Shown here: piece by piece, positions 18,195-32,900 of the stretch
How the letters are laid out: the number at the start of each line of letters is the position of its first letter
Position numbering within the stretch: position 1 is the first letter of the stretch
The notes under the pieces: model-generated
Databases searched by the model: none
The model's input: only the letters and a program-made list of their open reading frames with translations
Told to the model about the DNA's origin: nothing
Position numbers and translations under genes: made by a program
DNA from: Myxococcales bacterium
Lineage (GTDB): Bacteria; Myxococcota_A; Polyangia; Haliangiales; Haliangiaceae
Direction of reading: 5' to 3'
NCBI GenBank assembly: GCA_016707895.1
Contig: JADJGV010000002.1
Location: 335,695-399,694, forward strand
DNA: 64,000 nt

Positions 18195-19399
18195 AGCAGA
18201 AGGTCGCGATCATCGGAGCGTTCGTCGCGTTCGCCGTGGTGCTGATCCTCGTGGTCGGCGGCGGCGGCAAGAAGAAGGGCGGCGACAAGCCGGCGCCGGG
18301 CCCCGCGGTCGGCAGCGGCTCGGGGACCACCCCGGCGCCGGTCGGCAAGGTCACCGTCGAGTTCCTGTACTCCAGCGAGAAGAAGGACTGGGTCGACGCG
18401 GCGGTCGTCGAGTTCGAGAAGGCCAACCCCGACGTAGACGTGGTCGCGACCAGCAAGGGCTCGCTCGACGCCGCCACCGGGATCCTCGACGGCAGCCTCA
18501 AGCCGGTGCTGTGGAGCCCGGCCGACTCGCTGATCGTCAACCTGCTCGCCACCGACTGGCAGACCAAGTACGGCAAGCGGCCGTTCCCGGCCGACGGCGA
18601 GGCCGGGCCGCAGCAGCTCCTGCTGTCGCCGCTGGTGTTCGCGGTGTGGGAAGACCGCGCCAAGGTGCTGATGGCGGCGTCGGGCGGCGACGGCCTGACG
18701 TGGAAGGCGATCCACAAGGCGGTCACGTCGCCCAAGGGCTGGTCGGCGATCGGCGGCAAGCCGGGCTGGGGCTTCGTCAAGCTCGGCCACACCGACCCCA
18801 ACAAGTCCAACTCGGGCCTGCAGGCGCTGTTGCTGATGACGCTCGAGTACTACACCAAGACCAGCGGCCTCACCGTCGACGAGCTGCTCGACGAGAAGTA
18901 CCAGACGTGGGTCAAGGAGATCGAGAAGGGCGTGCCGACCTTCGAGGCGTCGACCGGCACGTTCATGACCGACATGGTCCGGTTCGGCCCGTCGAAGTAC
19001 GACATCGCGGTGGTCTACGAGAGCCTCGCGATCTCGCAGCTCGAGAACGCGCAGGGGCGCTGGGGCAACCTGCGCATCTACTACCCGCCGGTGACGCTGT
19101 GGAGCGATCACCCGGTGGTGATGCTCGGCGGCGACTGGGTCACGCCGGCGCAGGCCAAGGCCGGCGAGCGGCTGATCGCCTACCTGCGCGGCCACGAGGC
19201 GCAGAGCATGGCGCTGCGGTTCGGCTTTCGGCCGGCCGACACCTCGCTGCCGCTCAAGACCAGCGACGGCGCCAACCCGTTCACGCGGCTCGCGCAGTAC
19301 GGCCTGGCGCTCGAGCTGCCCGAGGCCGCGACCGCGCCCGACGGCGCGGTGGTGCGCAACCTGCTGATGATGTGGTCGCGCGTCGCGCGGCCGCAGTAG
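18191..19399 (+). CDS. periplasmic solute-binding-protein-like protein (paralog of the N-terminal domain of 15700..17406)
   Basis: Alignable to the first gene of the operon (KLGHTDPNKSNSGLQALLL vs KLGHTHPEYSNSGLLAVLA; FGFRPAD in both). Single N-terminal TM helix or signal. Confidence 0.8.
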   Translation: MKQKVAIIGAFVAFAVVLILVVGGGGKKKGGDKPAPGPAVGSGSGTTPAPVGKVTVEFLYSSEKKDWVDAAVVEFEKANPDVDVVATSKGSLDAATGILDGSLKPVLWSPADSLIVNLLATDWQTKYGKRPFPADGEAGPQQLLLSPLVFAVWEDRAKVLMAASGGDGLTWKAIHKAVTSPKGWSAIGGKPGWGFVKLGHTDPNKSNSGLQALLLMTLEYYTKTSGLTVDELLDEKYQTWVKEIEKGVPTFEASTGTFMTDMVRFGPSKYDIAVVYESLAISQLENAQGRWGNLRIYYPPVTLWSDHPVVMLGGDWVTPAQAKAGERLIAYLRGHEAQSMALRFGFRPADTSLPLKTSDGANPFTRLAQYGLALELPEAATAPDGAVVRNLLMMWSRVARPQ

Positions 19400-19993
19400 C
19401 TACTTCTTCAGCACCAGCACCGTCAGGACGCCCTGCAGCTGCGGCGCGGTGGCGCTGGAGACGTTGGCGGTGGCGGCGTTGGGGTCGGGGGCGATCACCT
19501 TGACCTCGACGGTGTGGTTGCCCGGCGCCAGGTTGTACGAGCGGGCCATCGACCAGCTGGCGATCATCTGACCGACCGCGGCGGAGTTGGCGGCGACCAC
19601 GCGGCGCACGCCGCCCTGGTTCGACGCGATGCCATCGACGAAGATCGCGACGTCGACGACCGAGTAGGCGGTGCCGACGGCGGTGCACTGGATGCCGCCG
19701 TTGGTGCTGACGTGGACCGCGGCGTTGTCGGGCACGGTGATCACCTGCTGCAGGCCGGGGATCAGCACGTAGCTGGTGAACGCCGAGGTCACCGCGAGCT
19801 GGCCGGTGCCGTAGATCTCGTAGAGGTTCTGGCCGGTGGTGCCGGCGGGGCCCGCTGGCCCGGTGTTGCCGGTCTGGCCGGTCTGGCCGGTCTGGCCCGG
19901 CGGCCCTTCGGGGCCGGGCTCGCCGTCGAGGCCCGCCGGCCCCGAGCAAGCGACCGCGAGCAGGAGCGTACCGATCGACCAGAGCGTGCGCAT
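19400..19993 (-). CDS. lipoprotein with collagen-like G-X-Y triplet repeats
   Basis: Internal ATG gives MRTLWSIGTLLLAVACSG, followed by GEPGPEGPPGQTGQTGQTGNTGPAGPAGTTGQ and a beta-rich domain. The longer upstream extension looks non-coding. Confidence 0.5.
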   Translation of the reverse strand: MRTLWSIGTLLLAVACSGPAGLDGEPGPEGPPGQTGQTGQTGNTGPAGPAGTTGQNLYEIYGTGQLAVTSAFTSYVLIPGLQQVITVPDNAAVHVSTNGGIQCTAVGTAYSVVDVAIFVDGIASNQGGVRRVVAANSAAVGQMIASWSMARSYNLAPGNHTVEVKVIAPDPNAATANVSSATAPQLQGVLTVLVLKK

Positions 19994-20039
19994 CGCGCCG
20001 ACGCTATCAGACGCCTCAGCGGCTGTGTCAGCATGCGGC

Positions 20040-21146
20040 ATGGGTCGCATCGCCGTGCTCGCCGTCGCCGTGCTCGCGTGCTCGAAGTCGTCGGTGCCGT
20101 CGCCACCGCCGCCGCCCGCCCCGCCGCCGGTCGCGCCCGTGGCCCCCGCGGCGCCCGCGAGCTGTCTGCGCGACGTCGGCCAGGTGCAGGCCGCGCGCGG
20201 CGCACCGAGCGCGCCGATGCGGCCCACGCACACCTTCTCGATCGTCGCGCGCGATCCGGTCACCGGCGATCTCGGCGTCGCGGTGCAGTCGCACTGGTTC
20301 GCGGTCGGCGCCGGCGTGACCTGGGCCGAGCCCGGCGTCGGCGCGATCGCGACGCAGTCGTTCGCCGAGCCGGCCTACGGGCGCAAGGGCCTCGAGCGGA
20401 TGCGCGCCGGCACCAGCGCCCCCGACGCGCTGGCCGCGCTGCTGGCCGAGGACGCCAAGCGCGACGTGCGCCAGGTGGCGTTCGTCGACGGCAAGGGCCA
20501 GGTCGCGGCCCACACCGGCGCCGCCAACATCGCGTTCGCCGGCCACCACACCGGCGCCGGCTACTCGGTGCAGGCCAACATGATGGCCAACGATCGCGTC
20601 GTGCCGGCGATGCGGGCCGCCTACGAGGGCGCGACCGGCGACCTGGCCGAGCGCCTGCTGGCCACGCTGGCGGCGGCGCAAGCGGCGGGCGGCGACGTCC
20701 GCGGCTGCCAGTCGGCGGCGATGCTGATCGTCAAGGGCACGCCCTCGGCCGAGCCGTCCCACGACACGCTGGTCGACCTGCGCGTCGACGACGCCGCCGA
20801 TCCGATCGCCGAGCTGGGCCGGCTGCTCAAGCTGCAGCGGGTCTACGACCACATGAACGCGGGCGACGGCGCGGTCGAGCGCGGCGACGTGGCGGGCGCC
20901 AAGCAGCACTACGGCGCCGCGGCGGCGGCCGCGCCCGAGCTGACCGAGGTCCGCTACTGGAGCGCGGTCGCGCTGGCCTCGGCCGGCGACGTCGACGCCG
21001 CGCTGCCGATGTTCACCAAGATCTTCGCCGAGGACAGCCGATGGATCGAGGTGACCCGCCGCATCCAGCCGGCGGTGGTGCCGGCCACCGCCGAGGGCGA
21101 CGCGGTGATCCAGAAGATCCTGACCGCCGCGCCGACGCCGCGCTGA
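20040..21146 (+). CDS. DUF1028-family (Ntn-hydrolase-like) lipoprotein
   Basis: Lipobox LACS. Conserved core [43 protein letters not shown]. The upstream part of ORF 19836..21146 is antisense to the collagen-like gene. Confidence 0.75.
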   Translation: MGRIAVLAVAVLACSKSSVPSPPPPPAPPPVAPVAPAAPASCLRDVGQVQAARGAPSAPMRPTHTFSIVARDPVTGDLGVAVQSHWFAVGAGVTWAEPGVGAIATQSFAEPAYGRKGLERMRAGTSAPDALAALLAEDAKRDVRQVAFVDGKGQVAAHTGAANIAFAGHHTGAGYSVQANMMANDRVVPAMRAAYEGATGDLAERLLATLAAAQAAGGDVRGCQSAAMLIVKGTPSAEPSHDTLVDLRVDDAADPIAELGRLLKLQRVYDHMNAGDGAVERGDVAGAKQHYGAAAAAAPELTEVRYWSAVALASAGDVDAALPMFTKIFAEDSRWIEVTRRIQPAVVPATAEGDAVIQKILTAAPTPR

Positions 21147-21173
21147 TCACGCCGGCGGGGTGATACGCTTGCC

Positions 21174-21770
21174 GTGATGGATCCGGATCGCGAGCTGCTC
21201 GAGCGCTGGCGCGCAGGCGACCAGGCCGCCGGCCGCGATCTGTTCGCGCGCTTCTTCGATCCGCTGTTCCGGTTCTTCGCCAACAAGTGCAACGAGCCCG
21301 ACGAGCTGGTCCAGGCGACGTTCTTCGCGCTGGTGAAGGCCCGCGATCAGTTCGCCGGCCGCTCGAGCTTCCGCACCTACCTGTTCACGATCGCGCGCAA
21401 CGAGCTGTACCGCTGGCTGCGCACCTTCAAGCGCGAGCGCGGCTTCGACCCCGAGCTGTCGTCGATCGCCGAGGTCGCGACCACCGCCGGCTCGCGGCTG
21501 GCCCGCAACGAGGAGCACCGCCGGCTGTGCGCCGCGCTGCGCACGCTGCCGGTCGAGTCCCAGACCCTGCTCGAGCTGCACTACTGGGAGGGCCTCGACG
21601 CCACCGCGCTGGCCGAGGTCTTCGACGCCCAGGTCGCCACCATCCGCCAGCGCCTCTCGCGCGCCCGGGTCGCCCTCAAGGACGCCCTGGCCGCCAGCGA
21701 GGGGGCCCCGCTGCCCGCGCTGGCCACGGTCGAGGACATGGATACCTGGGCGAAGTCGCTGGCGGGATAA
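21174..21770 (+). CDS. RNA polymerase sigma-70 factor, ECF subfamily
   Basis: Region 2 (…FFALVKARDQFAGRSSFRTYLFTIARNELYRW…) and region 4 (…ALAEVFDAQVATIRQRLSRARVAL…) are both recognisable. Confidence 0.85.
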   Translation: MMDPDRELLERWRAGDQAAGRDLFARFFDPLFRFFANKCNEPDELVQATFFALVKARDQFAGRSSFRTYLFTIARNELYRWLRTFKRERGFDPELSSIAEVATTAGSRLARNEEHRRLCAALRTLPVESQTLLELHYWEGLDATALAEVFDAQVATIRQRLSRARVALKDALAASEGAPLPALATVEDMDTWAKSLAG

Positions 21771-21788
21771 GGCTTTCGGCGGCCGTCG

Positions 21789-21801
21789 ATTTTCGGTCAC
21801 A
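21789..21801 (+). promoter_or_regulatory. TTTTCGGTCACA motif ~30-40 nt upstream of paralog A start
   Basis: Same 12-mer recurs at the equivalent position upstream of paralog B (22946..22958). Confidence 0.35.
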
Positions 21802-21828
21802 ACGCCGACCGACCTTCATCCATAGGGC

Positions 21829-22887
21829 ATGAAGCGAACCGTTGTGGCACTCCCGCTCGCCCTGGCTCTGGCCGCGTGCGTCGACAGCCCGGAGGTCGGG
21901 CAGGCTGAGAGCGCCGTGATCAACGGCGACGGCGACGAGTGCCCCAAGCTCGGCTGCAGCTCGAACTCGGCGTACCTCGGGCCGACCGAGTTCCACGAGC
22001 TGGAGGAGACCGGCCTGTATCCCAACGCCGAGGGGCTGTACTTGAAGGGCCTCATCAAGAACGGCGTCACGTGGCGCCCCGACGTCACCGGCACCGTGCT
22101 GACCGGCAGCCGGTGGGCGCTGGTCGCTGGCGTGTGGACGTACCAGACGCTCAGCGGGTCGAACCTGGTCAACGCGGAGCTGGTGGTGAAGAACGCCGCG
22201 GGCACCCTCGAGTACCGCATCCGCATCACCAACGCCTCGCTGAGCCAGCAGTTCTGGCAGGCGCCGATCACGAACGTGAACACCTACGAGCTCAAGTGGC
22301 GGCAGGTGGTGCCGACCACGACCGACTTCGTCCCGGTCTGCAAGAACCCGCCGAACCGCGAGACCGAAGACGGTCCCACCCAGAACACGCTTGAGTCGAT
22401 CTTGTTTGCGGGCGATCGCTACGACACCGATACCCTGACGGTCACGGCATCGACGCCGGCCGAGGCGACGACCTGGTTCAACATCGGCTGCGCGGGCACC
22501 GTGCTGGCCAAGCTCGCGCTCAACCGGCACACCGACGCGACGAAGTCGGCGCAGGTCACCGCCACGCGGGCCCAGCGTCAGGCGATGCTCAAGATGTACA
22601 CGTCGGACGTGTGCAACAGCGGTGACGCGCTAACGGTCAGCGGCACGCCGCTGCGCTGGTGGAGCCCCACCGGCCTCACCAACAAGGCGATCCCGACGAC
22701 TTCGAAGGAGGCCTTGTGGACCGCCAACGGCGCGATCTGCCTCGACACCCACCGGCTGAACGGCACGGCCGACGACATGACCAAGCAAATCGAGGACGCC
22801 TGCAAACGGGTCAACCGCCCGGTCCCGCCGCCCTGCATGGACGCCTCCGGGGCCTGGGCCTTCCGGACCGAGAGCCAGGCACACTAG
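21829..22887 (+). CDS. lipoprotein of unknown function, tandem paralog A
   Basis: Lipobox LALAAC. Shares the conserved block CPKLGCSSNSAYLGPTEFHELEETG and overall collinearity with 22987..24069. Confidence 0.75.
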   Translation: MKRTVVALPLALALAACVDSPEVGQAESAVINGDGDECPKLGCSSNSAYLGPTEFHELEETGLYPNAEGLYLKGLIKNGVTWRPDVTGTVLTGSRWALVAGVWTYQTLSGSNLVNAELVVKNAAGTLEYRIRITNASLSQQFWQAPITNVNTYELKWRQVVPTTTDFVPVCKNPPNRETEDGPTQNTLESILFAGDRYDTDTLTVTASTPAEATTWFNIGCAGTVLAKLALNRHTDATKSAQVTATRAQRQAMLKMYTSDVCNSGDALTVSGTPLRWWSPTGLTNKAIPTTSKEALWTANGAICLDTHRLNGTADDMTKQIEDACKRVNRPVPPPCMDASGAWAFRTESQAH

Positions 22888-22910
22888 ATCAGCGATCTCA
22901 AACGGTTGGC

Positions 22911-22950
22911 GCGCGGGGTCACCGAAATGGGGTGACCCCGCGCTCTTTTT
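22911..22950 (+). terminator. rho-independent terminator (13-bp GC-rich stem, 7-nt loop, TCTTTTT tail)
   Basis: GCGCGGGGTCACC-gaaatgg-GGTGACCCCGCGC followed by TCTTTTT, directly after the paralog A stop. Confidence 0.7.
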
Positions 22951-22958
22951 CGGTCACA
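22946..22958 (+). promoter_or_regulatory. second copy of the TTTTCGGTCACA motif, upstream of paralog B
   Basis: Overlaps the terminator T-tract. Spacing to the ATG is the same as for paralog A. Confidence 0.35.
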
Positions 22959-22986
22959 GGGCCCAGCTGCTCGTATCAATCCCGGC

Positions 22987-24069
22987 ATGACGCGACACAT
23001 TCTGGCACTCGCGATGGCGCTGGCGGCGGCGGGCTGCGTCGAGGACCCGACGCTCGGCACGGACCAGAGCTTGGTCAAGAACGGCAACGGCGACGAGTGC
23101 CCGAAGCTCGGCTGCAGCTCCAACTCGGCCTACCTAGGCCCGACCGAGTTCCACGAGCTCGAGGAGACCGGCACCTACGCCAACGATGAGGGCTTTCGGA
23201 TCACGAGCTTCACCAAGACGGTGGGCAGCGTGACCACGACCTACCGCCCCGACGTCTCCGGAACGACGCTGGTGGGCAAGCGGTACAGCATCTTGATCCA
23301 CGGCTGGTACACCGCGCTCAGCGGGCCCGACCTGGTCGGCGCGGTGTTCAACGTCGAGCGCACGGTCGACGGCCTCGTCACGGCGAGGTACCAGATCAGG
23401 ATCACCGCGGCCAGCACCGCGCAGGAGTACTGGCAGCCGCCCGCCGGACTGCTGAACACCTACGAGCTGCAGTGGCGCATGGTCTACCCGAGCTCGACCC
23501 ACCTCGTGCCGGTCTGCAACAACCCGCCCAACCGCCTCGACGGCGAGGGGACGTGGTGGCGTAAGACCACCGAGGCCGTGCTGTTCACGGGCGACCGCTA
23601 CAACAGCGACTCGTTGACTGTGACCGCTGGCGATCCCGCGTCCTCGGGCGACTGGTTCAACATCGGCTGCTCGGGCACGGTGCTGGCCAAGCTGGCCCTC
23701 AACCGCCACACCTACGCGACCCAGTCGTCGACGGCACCGACCACGATCGCCCAGCGCCAGGCGATGCTCAAGATGTACACCTCCGACGTGTGCAACACCG
23801 GCGATGCGTTGACGGTCGTCGGCACGCCGCTGCGCTGGAACAGCACCACCGGTCTGGCGAGCCCGCCGATCGCGGTCAACAGCTACGAGGCGCGGTGGAC
23901 TGCGGCTGGCGCGATCTGCCTCGACACCCACCGCACGAACGGCACCGCCAACGACATGGACGTGCAGATCGCCGAGGCCTGCGCGGTCGCAGGCAAGGCG
24001 GTGCCGCCCCCCTGCGCGGGCGCGCCGACCAGCTACTACCTGCGGACCACCAGCCCGGCGCTGCCCTGA
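22987..24069 (+). CDS. lipoprotein of unknown function, tandem paralog B
   Basis: Lipobox LAAAGC. Alignable end to end with paralog A. Confidence 0.75.
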   Translation: MTRHILALAMALAAAGCVEDPTLGTDQSLVKNGNGDECPKLGCSSNSAYLGPTEFHELEETGTYANDEGFRITSFTKTVGSVTTTYRPDVSGTTLVGKRYSILIHGWYTALSGPDLVGAVFNVERTVDGLVTARYQIRITAASTAQEYWQPPAGLLNTYELQWRMVYPSSTHLVPVCNNPPNRLDGEGTWWRKTTEAVLFTGDRYNSDSLTVTAGDPASSGDWFNIGCSGTVLAKLALNRHTYATQSSTAPTTIAQRQAMLKMYTSDVCNTGDALTVVGTPLRWNSTTGLASPPIAVNSYEARWTAAGAICLDTHRTNGTANDMDVQIAEACAVAGKAVPPPCAGAPTSYYLRTTSPALP

Positions 24070-24079
24070 CCGACCGCCA

Positions 24080-26590
<2,511 letters not shown>

Positions 26591-26608
<18 letters not shown>

Positions 26609-26636
26609 GGCGCGCGGCGGTTCCGATAGTATCCCG
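26591..26636. repeat. 46-bp repeat, copy 1: GGCGAGCGGATCGGCCATGGCGCGCGGCG(G)TTCCGATAGTATCCCG
   Basis: 45/46 identical to copy 2 at 33568..33613, same orientation. Contains the kinase start codon on the minus strand. Confidence 0.8.
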
Positions 26637-26663
26637 CCGGCTGGGTCGGGGCGGCGTGCGCCG

Positions 26664-27334
26664 TCATCCCACGCGCGCGAGCGAGACCAGGCCGCCCGCA
26701 AAGAGCTCGGGGAACCGGGCGCGCAGGCGGTCGCGATCGCGGTCGGCGTCGGCGACCCAGGCCGCCGGCACCTCGACTGTGCGTGTGGGGCGCGGCGCGT
26801 CGGCCGCGGGCCACCACGCCACGGCTAACGCGCCGTCGTCGGCGACGGCGTCGACGATCAGGCTCGAGCCCGCCGCGGCGAACTCGGGGGCGTTGGCCAG
26901 GAGGCGGGCCTTCACGCACTCGATCAGCGCGTCGTCGTGGCCGTGCTGCCACAGCACCAGCTTCTCCCGCAGCCCCTCGTAGCCGCGCACCAGGCGGACC
27001 CGGTTCGGCGCGAGGTGGGTGACCAGCGGCGAGCCGTGCGTAAAGCCGCGGGCCACGCCGTCGAACAGCGCGCGCTCGTGATCGCGCCAGGCCGGCCAGG
27101 CCGACGGCGCTAGCGCCATCACCCAGTGGCCGCGTTCGAGGTCGGTGTACAGGATCGACCGCGCGACCTCGATCCGCGCGCCGCACGCCTCGCACGCGAC
27201 CTGATGGAAGCGCCGGGCCAACACTGCCGCCCGCACCGCCGGCACCCGCGACCCGTGGATGCCGCGTGCCAGCTCGGCGCTGGTCGAGCCGTCGCAGTGC
27301 GGGCACGTCAGCGTGCGGATCTCCCAGGTCGACA

Positions 27335-27335
<1 letters not shown>
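26664..27335 (-). CDS. CpXC-domain (zinc-ribbon-like) protein
   Basis: CPHC…CEAC motif pair. Its ATG overlaps the TGA of the upstream AAA+ gene (ATGA), so start is an internal ATG of ORF 26664..27557. Confidence 0.6.
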
Positions 27336-29344
<2,009 letters not shown>

Positions 29345-29391
29345 CGCGCGCGACGGTACAGGATCGTGACCGGCGATGGTACGCTACCCGC

Positions 29392-29949
29392 GTGTGGCTG
29401 GGTCGCGTCCCGATCGTCGTCGCCGCGATGCTCACTGGCTGCTCGCACGGCGCGCCGCGCCCGACCGGTGACCCCGGCGTCTCGGGCGACGCCGGCGCCG
29501 TGATCGACGGCGGCGCTGCGGTCGATGGCGGCGCCGTCGCGGTCGCCCCGGCGGCGCCGCTGGACGCCGCCACCCCGGTCGACGCGGCGCCATCGGGTCC
29601 TTGGGACTGGGCTGGCGTGCGCGCCGCCGAAGGGCGTTGGCGCCGGTCGCCGGAGTGCGACTACCAGCCGCCGTGTCCGGTCTGGCTCCTGGCCGCCAAG
29701 ATCGTCAGCGCCCAGCGCGGCGGCGGTCGCACCCGCGTGATCATCGACCTGGGCGCCGACGATCACGTCGTCGTCGGCATGCTGGGGCGGCTGGTGGCCG
29801 CCGACGGCCGGCCCGACACGGCGCGGTTCGCCGTCACCGACCTGGCCGCGCGCCAGGCCTGGGCCGAGGCGCCGGGCGACGTCGGCGTCGGCACCGGTCG
29901 TCTACTGCTGTGGAACCCGACCGTGCACGCCATGCCCGAGGAGCCCTGA
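29392..29949 (+). CDS. hypothetical lipoprotein, tightly linked upstream of the 1195-aa protein
   Basis: GTG start. Signal and lipobox VWLGRVPIVVAAMLTGC. Stop lies 1 nt before the next ATG. Confidence 0.55.
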   Translation: MWLGRVPIVVAAMLTGCSHGAPRPTGDPGVSGDAGAVIDGGAAVDGGAVAVAPAAPLDAATPVDAAPSGPWDWAGVRAAEGRWRRSPECDYQPPCPVWLLAAKIVSAQRGGGRTRVIIDLGADDHVVVGMLGRLVAADGRPDTARFAVTDLAARQAWAEAPGDVGVGTGRLLLWNPTVHAMPEEP

Positions 29950-29950
29950 C

Positions 29951-32900
29951 ATGACCCGCGACCAGCGCGATCGCGAGCACGCCGAGCCCGAGCACGTCAC
30001 CCACCGCGCCCGGCCGCGCAACGCGCGCGGCGACGACGCCGTCGTCGAGGACGAGCTCGACTCGGCCGAGGCGTGGCGTCAGGTCGACGAGATCCTCACC
30101 CAGCACGCCGGCGGCGAGCGTCTGCCGGGGCTGGCCCGGTCGCTCGACGCCACCGGCAAGGCCCAGCTGGTCGCGCGCATGAACGACCTGCGCGCGTTCG
30201 CGGGTGACGTCGTGTGGGACACGCTCCTGGCCACCGGCAACTCGCTGGCGTTCGCCATCACCTTCGCGCCGTACGGGGCGACGCCGGTGAGCAAGGAGCG
30301 GGTCCGCAAGCACGTGGAGCGGCTGCGCGCCGCCGATCTCGCGGACCTGACGGGGCTGCCCTTCGTCGAGCTGCGCAAGTACTTTCCAGGCAAGCTCGCC
30401 GACGAGTTGCCCACCCTGGTGCGCGACCTGACGGGCCTGACCGGAAACGCCGACGTCGTGGGGTGGTGGCTGACCACCACCGAGCCGAAGCTCGCCGCGC
30501 ACCGCCTGGCCGCGGTCGCCGACACGGCGCTGGCCAAGACCTGCGACGAGGCGCAGCTGTGGGGATGGCTCGACGATCTCGATGGCGCGTCCGCGTACTA
30601 CGGGCTGCCCGAGCTGTGGAAGGCGACGAGCGACCCGACCGCCAAGGCCAAGCTGGCGGCCAAGCTCGGGCCGCTCGCGACCGAGGATCCCGAGTTCGCC
30701 GCCGAGGGCGATCTGCACAAGCCCGAGGTCCAGGCGGTGGTGAAGCGCCGCGGCTCGGCCGCGGAGCTGCTCGACGCCACGGCGCTGGCGCGGGGGCGCG
30801 GAGACGCGTCGGTGGCCGACGTCCTGGCCACGCTGCGTCGCGATCCTCCGACGCCGACGCAGGCGGTGCAGATCCTGGCCACCCTGACGTACGAGCCGAT
30901 CGCGGTCGTGGTGCCGCCCCTGCTCGAGGTGCCGGGCGTCACGGCGACGCACCTGCTGACCTTGTGGGCGAACTTCGGCTACTCCGAGCAGGCTGCGGCG
31001 CTGCGTGACGACCGCCTGCGCGCCGCGATCAAGAAGCGGCTCGGGCCGGGGGTCCCGTTGCGCGCGCTGGTCGACACCGCGTACGTGAAGGCCGCGGAGC
31101 TCGCGCCCGACGAGGCGCTGCGGCGCTGGTGGATCGCCGACGCGGCGCCCGCCGACGCGCTGTGGCTGGTCGCCTCGGGATCACCGTCCGAGTGCGCGGC
31201 CGCGTGTCGGGCGTTGCGCAGCGACGGCGCCGGGCTGAGGTGGGCCAAGCAGCTCACGGCCCAGGACAACCAGGAGCAGCTGCGGGTCCTCGCCAACAAC
31301 TGCGGCGACCCCGCGACCACGGCCCGCCTGCGCGAGTCGGTGATTCGCGAGTGGTCGTGGGATCCCATCACCGCCGGTCAGCGAGAGGACGCCGAGATCA
31401 CGGGCCCGGCGCGGCCCCGGCTCGACGCGGCGGTCCACGACCCGACGGCCGACCGGGTCGCGCGGCTGGCGGATCTCGACGACGCCGAACGGGCGGCGCT
31501 CGCCCGCGATCCCAAGGCGGTCAGCGAGTTGACGGCGCACCTCGACCAGGACGAGCTGGTCCGCGCGCTGGCGTTGCTCGACCTCACCGTCGCGAGCGCG
31601 ATCCGTGCCACACCGGCGCGCGGCTACCACCGCGGCGTCGTCGAGTACCTCCGGACCCGCCCGGCCGGCGAGGAGGCGGAGGTGTTCGAGCACGCCGACC
31701 TGATCGATCGCGCCACGGGGCACGTCCACCCCGACCCGCTGCTGGTGCTGCCCTCGTTGCGCCAGCCCAAGCGCCTGGTCCAGGCGATCGCGCTGGTGCC
31801 GGCGGTCGTCGAGCGGCTGCTGGCGGGGAGCGACCCGAGCCTGGCGCTGCGGTTGCTCGATGATCCGTTGGTGCGCCCCAAGGCGGCGCCCTATCTGGCC
31901 GGGCGCCCCGAGGCGCTCGACGCGCTGCCGCGCTACGAGCACCTGACCGCGCGAGGCCAGACCGCGTTCGACGAGCTGGGGCGAGCCGCGGGCGCGCAGC
32001 GCGGCGGTGACGAGGTGCGCGACGTCGTGGCCGAGATCGCTGACGGTACGTACGAGGACGGCGCCGCGAAGGCCGCGGCGCGCGGGGCCACGCTGGACAA
32101 CGCGCGACAGCAGGCGACGATCGATGGCGCGGTCGCAGCGCTCGATCAGGGCGCCAGCGAGACCGCCGACGCGATGGCGCTCGTGCACCAGTTCCGCGGT
32201 CAGATCCCGGCGCTGATCGCCGATCCGGCGCGGTGGCCGACCGTCGATCGCCTGCGCGCGCTGATCGGCATGCTGCCGACGGTGGCGTTCCCCGAGCTCT
32301 CGCCGGCGACGTTGCTGCGATCGATCAACACCCGGCGCTGGATGTTCGAGGACGCCCAGGGGTTCCTGTTGCTCGGCGCCTTCGCGAAGGATCCCGGCGC
32401 GGCGGTGCTGGTGGCCGTGGCGTTGTTCGACGACGAGCCCGGGGCCCGGGCGTGGTTGCGGCGCCTCCCCCGCGCCGCCGGCCTGACCGATCGCGAGGAG
32501 GACTGGCTGGACAAGCTCGCGTCGCTGGTCGCCGATCCCGACGTCCTGCGCGATCTCTTCCTGGTGCGGTTCGGGATCGCGGCGCCGGCGCAGTACGCGT
32601 CGGCGACGCTGCACACGCTCTACGAGACCTTGTCGCGGTTGCCCGACGGCCACCTGCAGCAGGAGCGCATCAAACAGGTCGTCTCCACCGACGCCGGGGT
32701 TGGCGTCGGTGGGTACTGGGCGGAGGATCTCAAGACGATCGTGATCGACGACGAGATGGCACCCGACAAGGCCACCGACGAGACGCCGGAGCGCGCGTCG
32801 TGGATGACCCGGGCGCAGGTCGCGGAGCGCTACGGGTTCGACGACGCCGCACTGGCGGCGCAGGTTGCGGCCGGGCACGTCGAGCAGCGGGCCTTCGACG

